From positions 1 through 64,000 of IMG/VR virus record IMGVR_UViG_3300011612_000001: a stretch of 64,000 bases of DNA. One strand, 5' to 3'. Positions 28,657 through 38,960 of the stretch are shown here, piece by piece. The position numbers and the translations under genes were made by a program. This DNA is from an uncultured virus (IMG/VR IMGVR_UViG_3300011612_000001) (taxonomy: Duplodnaviria > Heunggongvirae > Uroviricota > Caudoviricetes). How positions within the stretch are numbered: the first letter of the stretch is position 1; the number at the start of each line of letters is the position of its first letter. The notes under the pieces are model-generated. The model ran no database searches, was not told the origin of the DNA, and worked only from the letters and a program-made list of their open reading frames with translations.

Positions 28657-29081
28657 GACAACCCCCAGAGACTCCCGAACTGCTGAGCAATCATCAGGTA
28701 GCGACGCCCCCACGGGTCCTGAAGCATCTGAAGGTCTGCCAGCGAAAGGTCTTTGAAGAAGTCAGGGACAAGCCGCTGGGCGCTGGTTGAGTTATCCCCG
28801 GCACCCGTAATCACGCCAGTAGCGATATTGTTCAGCCCCATCGCTTTGCGAAACTCAGTGAAAGCGCTCTCTGTCCCGTAGTTGACCAGAAAGGAAGCGG
28901 AAAGGTTGTAAACAGCAACCGCATACAGGTTAGGCATCACCAGTTCAATATCACGGTTTACCCACTCAACCGCGCCGCCGTAAGCCAGGGTGAATGACGG
29001 CGAGTTGTCGGGAACCTGATTAGGGGTGATGCCCATGTCAGCACGAACGAATTCGATAAATCCCGACAGGCTGGTTGTCAT
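28653..29081 (-). CDS. Head-tail adaptor
   Basis: DPWGRRYL motif; synteny. Confidence 0.6.
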   Translation of the reverse strand: MTTSLSGFIEFVRADMGITPNQVPDNSPSFTLAYGGAVEWVNRDIELVMPNLYAVAVYNLSASFLVNYGTESAFTEFRKAMGLNNIATGVITGAGDNSTSAQRLVPDFFKDLSLADLQMLQDPWGRRYLMIAQQFGSLWGLS

Positions 29082-29554
29082 TTTTTGCCCCGTTTCTCGG
29101 TTACGATTTTTTCATTAACGGTTGGCGTGTCGTCAGTTTCATCACGACCTTTCGCCTGTTCGGCGCTAAATTCCATTTCACCGTCATAGCCGATCCCGCT
29201 TTCACGCAGGGAGGTATCCAGCGCGGCAACGGATGCCTGGCGGCGATTGTGCGCGTTGCGCGTAAGATGGTCGTCATTGTCGCGAATCGTCTTTTCGATG
29301 ATGTTCGCGGAGACTGGCTTATCGATGCTGTAGCAAAGGCCAACAAACTGGCGACTCTGGTCGATTTTGGAAGCATCAATCAGGCCATACACCTGATGAT
29401 GTTTGATCACCGCTTCAATCTCATCCGTGCTGCCGTCGAGAACAGCCATTTGCGAGCCGTGTTCAATAGGAATCTGACGCAGGCGACCGGTCTCAAGTAC
29501 ACGGAACGTGAAGATATGGCGTTGTTTGGTGGTATTGGCGATAAAGAGTTTCAT
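29078..29554 (-). CDS. Phage protein
   Basis: 158 aa after capsid gene. Confidence 0.55.
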   Translation of the reverse strand: MKLFIANTTKQRHIFTFRVLETGRLRQIPIEHGSQMAVLDGSTDEIEAVIKHHQVYGLIDASKIDQSRQFVGLCYSIDKPVSANIIEKTIRDNDDHLTRNAHNRRQASVAALDTSLRESGIGYDGEMEFSAEQAKGRDETDDTPTVNEKIVTEKRGKK

Positions 29555-29623
29555 CGGCTTCTCTCATAAAAAAGCCTCTGCGAGGTTACCCGTGCAGAGG
29601 CCAGTTTGCTGAACAAACGATGG

Positions 29624-30652
29624 TTAGTTGTACGCCATCGACAGGATAGTGATGGCTTCCGGACGAACCGCCCAGCCTGAAGTTGAGCGCATTTCAGACA
29701 GCACGTCGATCGCGCCACCAGCAATCGGCGTCGGGATTTCGCGCGGCGCGGCCATGTCGCAGAACATCAGCGCGTTCGCAGCCAGTGACGGCGTCAGTTT
29801 CGCGAATTCGTTGGTGTTCACCGTGGAGTTAACCATCGGAACTTCCACTTCCGGGATAGTGATGATCACAGCATCGGTACCACCAGCACCAGCGCCAATC
29901 AGCGTATCGTCGTATACCCAGTCAACCTGGACATTCGCGCCTTTCAGAATATCCTTAACAGTTCCAGCAACAGTGTTGGTACCGCCACCAGGGCGCTGAT
30001 AAGAGGTAAGTTGTACTGTTTGTTGGATTTCCATCGCACCTAAAACACGCTGAGGCCCGAGGATGACGACGCGCAGTTGGCGACCTAACTGCATGGTTCT
30101 GGTCATTGCTCCCAAAACATGCCCCTGAAGGTACACAGCCATCTGACCGTGATCGTAGGTCAGTACGGTCGTGTTGCCGTCCGTGTCCGCTGGCAGCGTC
30201 TCGGTGGTTGCGCCTGCGGTATTCAGCAGTCCCTCACCACCTGCCGGGTTCATGCCAAACAGCAGTGAAGATCGCAGTTGCTGGAAGATACCCTGGCGCA
30301 TACCAAGGCGCTGGGCTTCCGGCAGCGCGAAGTTCCAGTTACCGGCGGCGGCCAGATCGTGATGGTCGTAAATGCCACGGCAGCGGAACAGGTAGGTTGG
30401 AGTGGAAATCATGCGCGCTTCCATTGCCACACTTGGCAACTGGTTAGCGTTGCCGGACTGGCTTGTCGCAACCTGAGTGCGGATGTCCAGGCGGCGCATG
30501 TAAACATACTGGTCGCCTACACCGAGGCGCACCTGCGGGTTACCGCTGGCAATGGTCTCAAACGCACCTGATGCCTGCTGGTAACCAATGATCATCTCCG
30601 GCGCGATGTACGACGGATTGACGATAGTGTAGCTGGGGGTAATTGCAGCCAT
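29624..30652 (-). CDS. Major capsid protein of prophage 1
   Basis: 342 aa; LLFG..GEGLLN..SGWAVRPEAI; position after scaffold and decoration genes. Confidence 0.75.
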   Translation of the reverse strand: MAAITPSYTIVNPSYIAPEMIIGYQQASGAFETIASGNPQVRLGVGDQYVYMRRLDIRTQVATSQSGNANQLPSVAMEARMISTPTYLFRCRGIYDHHDLAAAGNWNFALPEAQRLGMRQGIFQQLRSSLLFGMNPAGGEGLLNTAGATTETLPADTDGNTTVLTYDHGQMAVYLQGHVLGAMTRTMQLGRQLRVVILGPQRVLGAMEIQQTVQLTSYQRPGGGTNTVAGTVKDILKGANVQVDWVYDDTLIGAGAGGTDAVIITIPEVEVPMVNSTVNTNEFAKLTPSLAANALMFCDMAAPREIPTPIAGGAIDVLSEMRSTSGWAVRPEAITILSMAYN

Positions 30653-30668
30653 TTAATTCAGCTCCCGA

Positions 30669-31529
30669 TTAGAGTAAGACCAGCGCGCAGCTGTCGGTGT
30701 TGTTCCAGGTCAGGAAGCCAGTAGTGCTGTTGTAAGAAACAGTCTTGGAATTCCCGGATTCAATGGCGAGCACCTTAACCGGCAGGGTGATGTCTGCCGC
30801 AGCAACCGCGCCGATAGTTCCCTGAGTGGTAGCGGAACCGCCAGGCGCTGAAACAGGCGCATAGGTAAAGGTGGTGGATGACGGAACGGACAGGACAACC
30901 ACGGTGCCGTTATACGCAGCAGGCGCGACGCCGCTGATTTTCACGTACTGACCCGCACTCAGACCGTGCGCGGATGCGGTGGTTGCCGTTGCCACTCCAC
31001 CCGCATAGGTAACTGCGGTGGTTGCGATATCAGCGCCAGCAAAGCCCGCTGCGGCAGCAGTGGTGATCTGGTTGTTGACGAAATCCCAGGCCAGGGGAGT
31101 TTTCACCGACGCACCAGCGGTGCCCAGCGCCACTACCTGAGCGGACGCTTTCAGCGGCACGCGCATATTGGAGCCAAGGCGATAGTAAGAAACGCTCATG
31201 CCAGACGCGTACAGCGGAACCGGAGACTGCGGTGTGGTCAGGCCATTGTGCGCCTGGTTAAAGACGGTGAAGCCTTCAAGCTCAGCCACAGAAACAGCGC
31301 GGCGGATGCTGGAACCGCGAGGGCTTGACTGGGTGCCGGGGAGCAACTCAGCAACCGGCAGTCCACCCCACAGAGGTTTGGTTTCGCTTGCGGCCACTGT
31401 ACCAGCAGCCAGGTTAAAACGGTTGGCCGGGTCATCCAGAGCCACGCCCTGAATGTAGCCGTCCGACTGAACGCCGAATGAACCCGCCGCGTTGGTGGTC
31501 TGCATCGGGTTAAGAGATAAATTAGCCAT
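30669..31529 (-). CDS. Head decoration/structural protein with inserted beta domain
   Basis: Ala/Thr-rich, between scaffold and capsid genes. Confidence 0.6.
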   Translation of the reverse strand: MANLSLNPMQTTNAAGSFGVQSDGYIQGVALDDPANRFNLAAGTVAASETKPLWGGLPVAELLPGTQSSPRGSSIRRAVSVAELEGFTVFNQAHNGLTTPQSPVPLYASGMSVSYYRLGSNMRVPLKASAQVVALGTAGASVKTPLAWDFVNNQITTAAAAGFAGADIATTAVTYAGGVATATTASAHGLSAGQYVKISGVAPAAYNGTVVVLSVPSSTTFTYAPVSAPGGSATTQGTIGAVAAADITLPVKVLAIESGNSKTVSYNSTTGFLTWNNTDSCALVLL

Positions 31530-31544
31530 GCTTTATAGCTCCCG

Positions 31545-33179
31545 TTAAGCCTGGTTGTTGAAGCTGGTTACCTGGCGTTTGCCAGACTGGAAAGGCGCCC
31601 ACGTTGCCGCCGGATCGCCTTCAAAGGTACTGATCTGACGTCCGGTTGCATCGGCGCGTTTAATTTCGCGCAACATGCCGGGGCCAACGGTCAGGCTTGC
31701 CGCAGACTGAGCATCAGCGTAAATCTGCTTCTCAGCGAAACCGAGCAGCGCAGCGTCGGCGATCGAGGACAGGTCCACCGATTTGAAATCAGGTGAATGT
31801 TCCTGCAACTGCACCAGCAGGCGGCGACGGTACGACAGGGGTTTTTCGCCTGACAGAGGTGCGGGGGCGCGCTTGCCAAACGCAGAGAACACGCTGTCTG
31901 CTTTAACCTGCGCGTCGGCAACTTCATTGCGTTCAGCATCGGAAAGCTCGGTCGGAATGCGTGATTTGAGTTCAGCAAGCTCACGGCGGATATCAGCGTC
32001 AGCTTTTTCTTTGGCTGCCTTATCTTCCGCTTCTTTAGCGTCGGCATCTGCCTTTGCTTTGGCTTCAGCATCAGCTTTTTCCTTCGCGTCCTTCTCTTCC
32101 GCGTCGGCCTTCTCTTTGGCATGCTTTTCTTTAGCCATGCATTCAGCCTCTTCCGCGTCGGCCTTCTCTTTGGCTTCGCACTCTTCAGCGTCAGCTTTTT
32201 CTTTCGCATCGGAGTCGGCCTTTTCTTTCTGCATGTCTGCCAAGCACTCACGCATTAGGGCCTTCAATTCCTCTTTGTCCATATTTTCAGCCTCGTTTGG
32301 AATGGAATCAGATTTAACACCAGTAGGGGCAAGGAGCTTGTCCCATACGCCCTGTTCACAAATTGCAACGTGGTCGAGCAATACCGGGGAACCTTCCACC
32401 AATAGAGGCTGACCGTCGATTTTGATGATTGAGTCCTGCGCTTCGCTATACGTGACGGTTGGCGAGGTACTCAGCTGCCGTGTCGCCATAATTTCGGCGG
32501 CTTCAGCGTCATACACCCGGGCAATAGCCCAGACCTCGCCATTATCAGCAACCCAACTATTCGTCAGGGTTCCGATAACACGCTTCGCAAATTCATCGCT
32601 ATCGAGCTTGTTTTTCTCCGGGTGCAGCCAGATAAGCGGTACACCGGCAACTCGCTGGAGAAACTCTGGGGTGAGATAGTCGTCCGGGTTACGGAAGGCC
32701 ATCTGTTGATCTGCAGAGCGCCAGGTAACCCCTGTTCCGGTTACCCGGATGGCGAACATCCACATGTTGATAAAGAATTGCGGGCTGCTTAGCGTCCCGT
32801 CAGCGATGAGCGCTGCCACTTCGGTTTCATTGAGCGCCTGCTGCGCCAGCATCTCAGCGAAGGGCTGATGAAGCGGCTTGGGCAGGTCGTCAATGTGGAA
32901 CCATCCGGCGGCCAGCGATTCGTCGTTAAGCTTCGCCTCGAACCTCTCCGGCACCTCGGCGCGAAACGTCAGATAATCGCCGTATACGCTGTGCGGGGTC
33001 AGAGGGCCATCGTACTGATAACCCACCTCCTCCAGCACCTCGCGGCGCGCTGCATCTATAGCCAGCTCGCCCGGCTCTACCGTGCCGCCAGGCGGGCACC
33101 ACGTACCATCATCCGAGCGCTGGATCAGGAAGACGAACTTACCCTGACGGAACATTATCCCGCTGCCAAAAATAGCCAC
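31545..33179 (-). CDS. Nudix hydrolase fused to DUF2213-type prohead protease/scaffold
   Basis: Nudix box [26 protein letters not shown] and DHVAIC motifs; KEKADAE repeats. Confidence 0.85.
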   Translation of the reverse strand: MAIFGSGIMFRQGKFVFLIQRSDDGTWCPPGGTVEPGELAIDAARREVLEEVGYQYDGPLTPHSVYGDYLTFRAEVPERFEAKLNDESLAAGWFHIDDLPKPLHQPFAEMLAQQALNETEVAALIADGTLSSPQFFINMWMFAIRVTGTGVTWRSADQQMAFRNPDDYLTPEFLQRVAGVPLIWLHPEKNKLDSDEFAKRVIGTLTNSWVADNGEVWAIARVYDAEAAEIMATRQLSTSPTVTYSEAQDSIIKIDGQPLLVEGSPVLLDHVAICEQGVWDKLLAPTGVKSDSIPNEAENMDKEELKALMRECLADMQKEKADSDAKEKADAEECEAKEKADAEEAECMAKEKHAKEKADAEEKDAKEKADAEAKAKADADAKEAEDKAAKEKADADIRRELAELKSRIPTELSDAERNEVADAQVKADSVFSAFGKRAPAPLSGEKPLSYRRRLLVQLQEHSPDFKSVDLSSIADAALLGFAEKQIYADAQSAASLTVGPGMLREIKRADATGRQISTFEGDPAATWAPFQSGKRQVTSFNNQA

Positions 33180-33191
33180 GTTTTAATGCTC

Positions 33192-34016
33192 CTATGCTGC
33201 TTTCTTCATCGACTCCATGAACTTCTGCCCCTTCTGGGTCAGCATGTATTCAGGAATGCTTCGGAGGTTGTAGATGTAGGTCACGTAGCACTGACAAAAT
33301 ACCTCTTCGCCAGGCTGAGTGATTTCGTCGAGGTAACCGGCTGGCCCTGCTTTCACGTACCCGTTTTTTTGCGCCCAGTTCCCGCGAATCAGGTAATACA
33401 GCTGATCGCGTTCCTTGTGGTCTTCCCGGAAGTCATAACCCGGCCGCCGCCAGTGGCTGTGCCATATCGCTGCAATCGCGTTGTTGCTGGTTGCGATCAC
33501 GTTGTCGATGTTGGCTATCAGCTTATGGTTCTGGTCGATCATCACCCGGCGCGCTTCATAGTCCACCTTCTCGGCGGCCTTCTGAATGTGCGCCGCCGTC
33601 TCCCGCATCGTTCCCTGAATCCCGGTCAGCGCGATACTGTCTGCTGAGGGAATGCTGCTGGCCCAGCCGCTAAACCGCGACAACGTGGTGTCGATGGCTT
33701 TTTTGCGGTTGAGCTGGATAAGGTCGGCGCTGGCGAGGATCCGCCTGTCGAGCTCTGTCCTCAGCTTTGGCTCAAGGTAGTTGAGCGTAAACCGGGATAT
33801 GCCCTGATGGCGCTTCAGCGCGCCAGCACGTCCCACCTGCAGGTCGTATGCTTTCGTCAGGTTTCGGGTGACCATCGCCATGTAGTCATCGGCGGTTTCG
33901 CTTTCGGCGGCCTGGCGGATAATCGCCTGCCAGCGCTCCAGCTCTTCCCGGGACGAGTATCCGTTGCGGAGAAAGAACTTCACCGCATCTCTCACTGTTC
34001 GGGTGAAAGTGTTCAT
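33192..34016 (-). CDS. Head morphogenesis protein (Mu F/SPP1 gp7-like)
   Basis: REDH..PGEEVFCQC. Confidence 0.75.
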   Translation of the reverse strand: MNTFTRTVRDAVKFFLRNGYSSREELERWQAIIRQAAESETADDYMAMVTRNLTKAYDLQVGRAGALKRHQGISRFTLNYLEPKLRTELDRRILASADLIQLNRKKAIDTTLSRFSGWASSIPSADSIALTGIQGTMRETAAHIQKAAEKVDYEARRVMIDQNHKLIANIDNVIATSNNAIAAIWHSHWRRPGYDFREDHKERDQLYYLIRGNWAQKNGYVKAGPAGYLDEITQPGEEVFCQCYVTYIYNLRSIPEYMLTQKGQKFMESMKKAA

Positions 34017-35434
34017 AGCATCATCCCGCCGCCCGGCTCTTCAGCTTTAGGCGGCTCCGGCGGTGGGTTTTCCTTCAGTGAGTCGTAATCGAGGTTAAGC
34101 CGCTGAGGGAAGAGACTCTCGTTGGCGTTGGCGTTTTCACACGCCCACTCGATCAGCGTCGCGCGGTTCTCCGGATCAGCCGTGAGCTGCGGCAGCACCG
34201 TTTCCAGCATGCTGACGATAGCCTTAAACCGCGTTTCGTCGACCTTCACCTTCTCGCTTTCCGGCTCTTTCAGGGAGGATGGCCAGCGATATTCGAAGTT
34301 GTTTATCCAGCTCGCGAAATACACGCTGTAGGTGTTTTTCAGCTCCGGGAAGTCAGCACGCAGCGACTGAAAGAATTCAATGCTCCAGGCGCGGTACTGG
34401 CACACGCGGATGAAGAACGCATAAAGCTGGTCCAGCCACTCTCGGATGTTGTCGATGTACACCGCCACGGCGCGGGCATCTTCAGTGCCTTCACCGAAGC
34501 CCTGAGCGAACGTCTCAGAGTTGAGGATGATCGCCGGCATGTCTGCGGCGGCGGCCACGTTCTCCAGGATGTGCTTACGCGCAGAGTCGAGAGGCTTTTC
34601 CAGGTTGCTCAGGTCGATTGACTCGATGTTGTCGAGTTCGCCGATCTGCAGGACTTCCCCCGTCTTCCCGCGCTTCAGCATCATGCGCTTAATGCCGCTG
34701 AGCTTCTGCATCATGTTGTTGACGACGGAGCTTGGCCCCTTGATTTTCGTCACCAGCAGGCCGCCTTTCACCGCAACCATATCGTCGGTGCGCATGGTCT
34801 GGATGAAAGACTTCAGCGGGTAGAGCGCTCGCTGGTACACGCTACGCCCGGTAAAGCCGAACGCCGCCGAGTTGTACGCGAGGTAAATTGGATCCTCGTT
34901 CTGCACGACGACACAGCGCGATTTGTGATACGGCTTGCCCGCCACCCGGATTCCGTCGACTTTCTGGAAGTCCTGGGCGTTCGGGTCCTGATTCAACACA
35001 ATGCTGCCCGCGGTGTTCAGCGGGTCGAGAATGTTAAAGCTGACGTTGTGCTTGTACAGCGTGCGGTAGTCCAGCGATTCATTTGGTTCCTGGTTATCCA
35101 CCAGCATTGCGATCGCTGATACGCCGTAAATTCGGGCGATGCGCGCGGCATTGGCGATGTGCTGGTTCGCACCCATCGCTTTCCATTCGCGCTCGAACGC
35201 GTCGCGCAGGCGCTGCTCAAGGCCGTACGACTGGGCAACATGCACGGTGCGCGGCTCATTCATCGCCATTTTAATCGGGCGATCCACCATCTTCCCGCCC
35301 AGCGGGTGGTAGAGGTAAACCGTTTTACAGGTCTGATAGCCAGCCGTAGAGCCGGGCTGGATGTCGTCGCTGTCCAGCAATGCCATCAACTCTGAGTGAG
35401 AGCAGCTGCCGATTTCGAAATCGTCTTCGTTCAT
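34013..35434 (-). CDS. Portal protein (DUF1073-like)
   Basis: 473 aa after large terminase; ARIYG and AAADMP motifs. Confidence 0.8.
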   Translation of the reverse strand: MNEDDFEIGSCSHSELMALLDSDDIQPGSTAGYQTCKTVYLYHPLGGKMVDRPIKMAMNEPRTVHVAQSYGLEQRLRDAFEREWKAMGANQHIANAARIARIYGVSAIAMLVDNQEPNESLDYRTLYKHNVSFNILDPLNTAGSIVLNQDPNAQDFQKVDGIRVAGKPYHKSRCVVVQNEDPIYLAYNSAAFGFTGRSVYQRALYPLKSFIQTMRTDDMVAVKGGLLVTKIKGPSSVVNNMMQKLSGIKRMMLKRGKTGEVLQIGELDNIESIDLSNLEKPLDSARKHILENVAAAADMPAIILNSETFAQGFGEGTEDARAVAVYIDNIREWLDQLYAFFIRVCQYRAWSIEFFQSLRADFPELKNTYSVYFASWINNFEYRWPSSLKEPESEKVKVDETRFKAIVSMLETVLPQLTADPENRATLIEWACENANANESLFPQRLNLDYDSLKENPPPEPPKAEEPGGGMML

Positions 35435-35445
35435 TGGTTCTCTCG

Positions 35446-36777
35446 TCAGATTGCGTCGCCGCTGCCGAAGGCGATGATCAGCCCGTAGGTGTAATCATCG
35501 AGCAGGTCATCGGCGCGCTTATGCGCTTTCTTGTCGGCAAGGTGGAATCGGGAAACCTGCTTGTGCAGATGGTTTGCTGTTTCGCCCTTGAAGACGGCAG
35601 TCTTCTCGTAGGCGTGTCGGGATATTTTCGCCAGGCCGCGGTAGTGGTAACCGGAGGCCATAATGGCGCGCTCGTCCTTTCCTTTGCTGGTCAGGGCGGA
35701 TTCGATTTTGTTTACCGGCCATCCCAGGCTTTCGCCTTTCTGCAGGAGGATGCTGCCCATGCTGGCGTCCTCGATGAACACGCCCAGGCTGCCGTTGATG
35801 GCAACACACTGGCCGGAAAGCTCGTTGAGGCGGTCAAATACCGACGGCATCCACGTCTCCAGCAGCGCGCCGTCAATCTGCACCACATCCCAGTCGAGAA
35901 TGGTGAGGCGCTGAATGCCGGGCCGGGTGTCGACGGCGTAATACACCACAGCCGTACCGTCATGTTCTGAACCACCCTTGACGGCGGTATCCATGACAGC
36001 AAAGACGGCCTGGCACATTTCAGGGTAATCGACAGGCTGATCCTGATTCTCACCCTCGAACCATTTGCGGACGTCGAACAGCGAAGCGGCAGACCAGTCG
36101 ACGAACTCGGCCAGAAACTCCTGGCGGAACACGCGCGGGTCGTTGTTGGCCCTCTCCTTCTCGAGTTCTTCCGGCGGAACGAACGGGTTTGAGGATGTCG
36201 GCGCGTGATGCTCGATAAATCCGAGATTCTTGTCATGACAGATGGCGTAGAAGAAGTTCTCTTCGTCCACTCCGTCCGGCGTAGAAAACACGTAGGCCCG
36301 GCCTTTCGTCGTAAGCAGCGTTGGCTTAATCGACTTCGGCCAGATCTCCCTCAGCATCTCCGGCGACTTGGTAAATGCCGCCTCGTCTATCAGGATGATT
36401 TCGTATTCACGACCACGGCCAGCCAGTTTGTTGTCGTTGGTGACCCAGAAGTCGATCTTGCCGCCGTTCTTCAGCAGCAGGCGCTTTTCCTGTCGGCTGA
36501 AGCTCTTTTTTAACGGGAGCAGGGTTTCTTCCAGCTTGTCGTAAATTTCCTGGTACTGACGGTATTCAGCAGTGAAGATACCAACCCGCCCGCCGAGCAG
36601 GACATCCATACCTGGTCGCTTAAACTGCGCGGTGGCGTAGGTTACAGCCGCACTGGAAAGCATGAAGGTTTTACCCCAGCGGCGACCACACCGAACCGCA
36701 TGAAGCTGGTCATCCCACGAATCAGACCAGACCTTTAACTGCCCGTCATGGAGCGTTGGGAGGTAAATATCAGCCAT
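35446..36777 (-). CDS. Terminase large subunit
   Basis: GRRWGKT Walker A, ILIDE Walker B, STP, FRQEFLAEF. Confidence 0.92.
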   Translation of the reverse strand: MADIYLPTLHDGQLKVWSDSWDDQLHAVRCGRRWGKTFMLSSAAVTYATAQFKRPGMDVLLGGRVGIFTAEYRQYQEIYDKLEETLLPLKKSFSRQEKRLLLKNGGKIDFWVTNDNKLAGRGREYEIILIDEAAFTKSPEMLREIWPKSIKPTLLTTKGRAYVFSTPDGVDEENFFYAICHDKNLGFIEHHAPTSSNPFVPPEELEKERANNDPRVFRQEFLAEFVDWSAASLFDVRKWFEGENQDQPVDYPEMCQAVFAVMDTAVKGGSEHDGTAVVYYAVDTRPGIQRLTILDWDVVQIDGALLETWMPSVFDRLNELSGQCVAINGSLGVFIEDASMGSILLQKGESLGWPVNKIESALTSKGKDERAIMASGYHYRGLAKISRHAYEKTAVFKGETANHLHKQVSRFHLADKKAHKRADDLLDDYTYGLIIAFGSGDAI

Positions 36778-36779
36778 GG

Positions 36780-37520
36780 TTATCTTCCGGGGATTGGTAA
36801 GGCGTTATGAACGACCACAGCGTTATCACTGTCACCGTCTTTAATCAGCCCAATTTCAAGCTCAACTTTCTCGGTGGCCGCATCTCTGTAGATGGCATCC
36901 ACATGCATTTTCGCTATTGAGCCTTTTGTGTACTCCAGTGATTCAATGCGGGCGGTGTTGCGATGCATGGCTTTCTGAGCAGACGAAATGAGTTCATGCA
37001 GGTCTTTGGCTGATTCGCTATCCGCCGTTTCCAGTTCAGCTTGCCATCGGCCAATGTTCTCGGCAGCAGTCAGGTTTGCAGCTCTCAACCAGAACAACTC
37101 ATCATCCAGCGTCAGCGCCTGAGCATCTTCCGTTACTGCGTCGGAAAGAAGCATGCGACGACCATATCCGCCATGTTTCAGTGCCTGCTGGTTGCCGGGT
37201 TTAAATGGGTTTGTCGGAGGTGACCGCCTGGTGCCGCGTATCGGTTTCGCGCCTCCGGAAATCGGTGGTTTCTGCGATTCGCCGTTTTCTTCTTGCTTCT
37301 TTACGGTGTTGCGAATGGTCTTTGATGGCTTCTGCGAATTCGCAGCTTTCTTCGCACTTCCCTTTTGCGAATTCGCACCATAACTCGTTACCTTGATATA
37401 GCGCTTCGCACTTGAGTAATTCAGTCCCTGCGCTTCGCACCAGTCTTTTGGGGAAATGCCGGTTTTGGCATGCTCGGACAGGAACCGTTTTTGGAGGTCT
37501 CCCCAGTCCGGTTTTGCCAT
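36780..37520 (-). CDS. Terminase small subunit
   Basis: MAKPDW..YSSAKRYI HTH, GNQQALKHG. Confidence 0.85.
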   Translation of the reverse strand: MAKPDWGDLQKRFLSEHAKTGISPKDWCEAQGLNYSSAKRYIKVTSYGANSQKGSAKKAANSQKPSKTIRNTVKKQEENGESQKPPISGGAKPIRGTRRSPPTNPFKPGNQQALKHGGYGRRMLLSDAVTEDAQALTLDDELFWLRAANLTAAENIGRWQAELETADSESAKDLHELISSAQKAMHRNTARIESLEYTKGSIAKMHVDAIYRDAATEKVELEIGLIKDGDSDNAVVVHNALPIPGR

Positions 37521-37581
37521 GTTGAATCACCTGCTGTTTGACATTATCGGAGCCACTTGATGAATGGCTCCTGTAATGCCG

Positions 37582-38079
37582 TCAGTCGCGTAAATACTCT
37601 TCGGTTGTGAACCCGATTTCACCCGTATGGAAAATCGCGCTGGTAGGATCAATCACGATAATGGAATGAGGATTGGAGTTTTCATTCAGCCATTTAATTA
37701 CCGGCTTTGTCACTTCTTCGAATGAAGAAGATAAGACTCTGTTTGTGTCTGTGACATTGCATTCACCAAGGCATGGACCATTATCAGTGAAGCAGTTAGT
37801 ACATGCGTGGTCGTGAATGTGGTCCGCTGACTTTGGTTCTTCTTCGCAAACCGGAGTACAAACCATACTATCAATCCCGCATGTACGGATGGACATGGTT
37901 TCCAAAGTGCCGGGGGCAGTGAATAGCTCAATAACGAATTCAGCGCCAGGGCGAAAACGAGGTTTGACTGTTGCGTAGCCTTCGAAAACCTGCACCTTGT
38001 TAATTCCGCCACCTGCCATAGCGTGGGATGCCTGATGATGCTGAAATAGCCTCACATGCCAGTACAGAATTTTACTCAT
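37582..38079 (-). CDS. Hypothetical phage protein
   Basis: 165 aa, AAGGA SD; Cys/His cluster and KPVIKWLNEN..PH tail. Confidence 0.6.
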   Translation of the reverse strand: MSKILYWHVRLFQHHQASHAMAGGGINKVQVFEGYATVKPRFRPGAEFVIELFTAPGTLETMSIRTCGIDSMVCTPVCEEEPKSADHIHDHACTNCFTDNGPCLGECNVTDTNRVLSSSFEEVTKPVIKWLNENSNPHSIIVIDPTSAIFHTGEIGFTTEEYLRD

Positions 38080-38321
38080 CTTGATTTCCTTTTAGGTGTG
38101 AGCCTGTCGCACGGGAAAGCCGCCAGAGAGAAACGTTTCCCCAGGCTCACGACTGAAAGACTCTCTTGTTTTGCGCGTGCGATGCGCGGACATTCCCGGA
38201 GCGGTGCCGGGTATTGGTATTACTGAAGGCGCAGCGTTCGCTCTACTTCACAGCAGTACTCAGCCACTTACGGCTTACCCGTCAGCAAGATGTGATCACC
38301 ATCCTTTCGGGGTTACACAAA

Positions 38322-38408
38322 TCATTTGCACTGCGTGTTGATGTAGTCCTGCAAATACTTCAGGGCTTTCTGGTCGCGGATGATTCCGGATCGGATACTG
38401 AGAACGTT
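38322..38408 (-). pseudogene. Orphan 3' end of an Rz gene
   Basis: Translates NVLSIRSGIIRDQKALKYLQDYINTQCK*, resembling the Rz C-termini in this window. Confidence 0.7.
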
Positions 38409-38932
38409 TATTTCACTTCAACCCAGGCTTCTTTTCTTATGATTCGTGAAATCAAAACTTGTGACACTCCATGTTTTTTCGCTAACTCAGCATGCGACAT
38501 GGATTTACAGGAAAGGATGTCAACAACCTGCTTACTGGTTAGTTTTGAATTTGGATGCCGTTCGCCATTAAGCGCTTTCCTCAATCCTGATCGGTAAGCA
38601 TGTGCGTTATTTTGCGATCTGCTTACCCATTCAAGATTAGATGCACGATTGTCGCTCTTAATGCCATTTACGTGATTTACTTCGGCATATGATTGGAGGT
38701 TATCCAAAAATGCAGAAGCCACTAACCTATGGACAAACTGGTAATTTTTTTCACCATCAAGATAAAGGCATACTTTTAAATATCCATCTCTATCTTTTCC
38801 AGGCTTCAACCAACGACCTTTAACCAGCCTACCTGAGCGATTTACTCTTGAGTGTGAATAAACCCTCCCGTCATCGGTAACTGCATACTGGCCTTCGTAG
38901 CCAGAAATATCTTTTGATGTTTCGCTTAGCAT
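38408..38932 (-). CDS. NUMOD4-HNH homing endonuclease
   Basis: GYEGQYAVTDDGRV; VHRLVA..VNHVNG..DNRASNLEW. Confidence 0.88.
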   Translation of the reverse strand: MLSETSKDISGYEGQYAVTDDGRVYSHSRVNRSGRLVKGRWLKPGKDRDGYLKVCLYLDGEKNYQFVHRLVASAFLDNLQSYAEVNHVNGIKSDNRASNLEWVSRSQNNAHAYRSGLRKALNGERHPNSKLTSKQVVDILSCKSMSHAELAKKHGVSQVLISRIIRKEAWVEVK

Positions 38933-38960
38933 TAAGCTACTCCCTAAAGACGAGTTATTT

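Noticed and set aside
31990..32230. Tandem repeats as a separate element
   Set aside because: In-frame KEKADAE coiled-coil repeats of the scaffold
20004..36236. Many long antisense or alternate-frame ORFs in the structural operon
   Set aside because: Shadows of GC-rich real genes with no independent motifs
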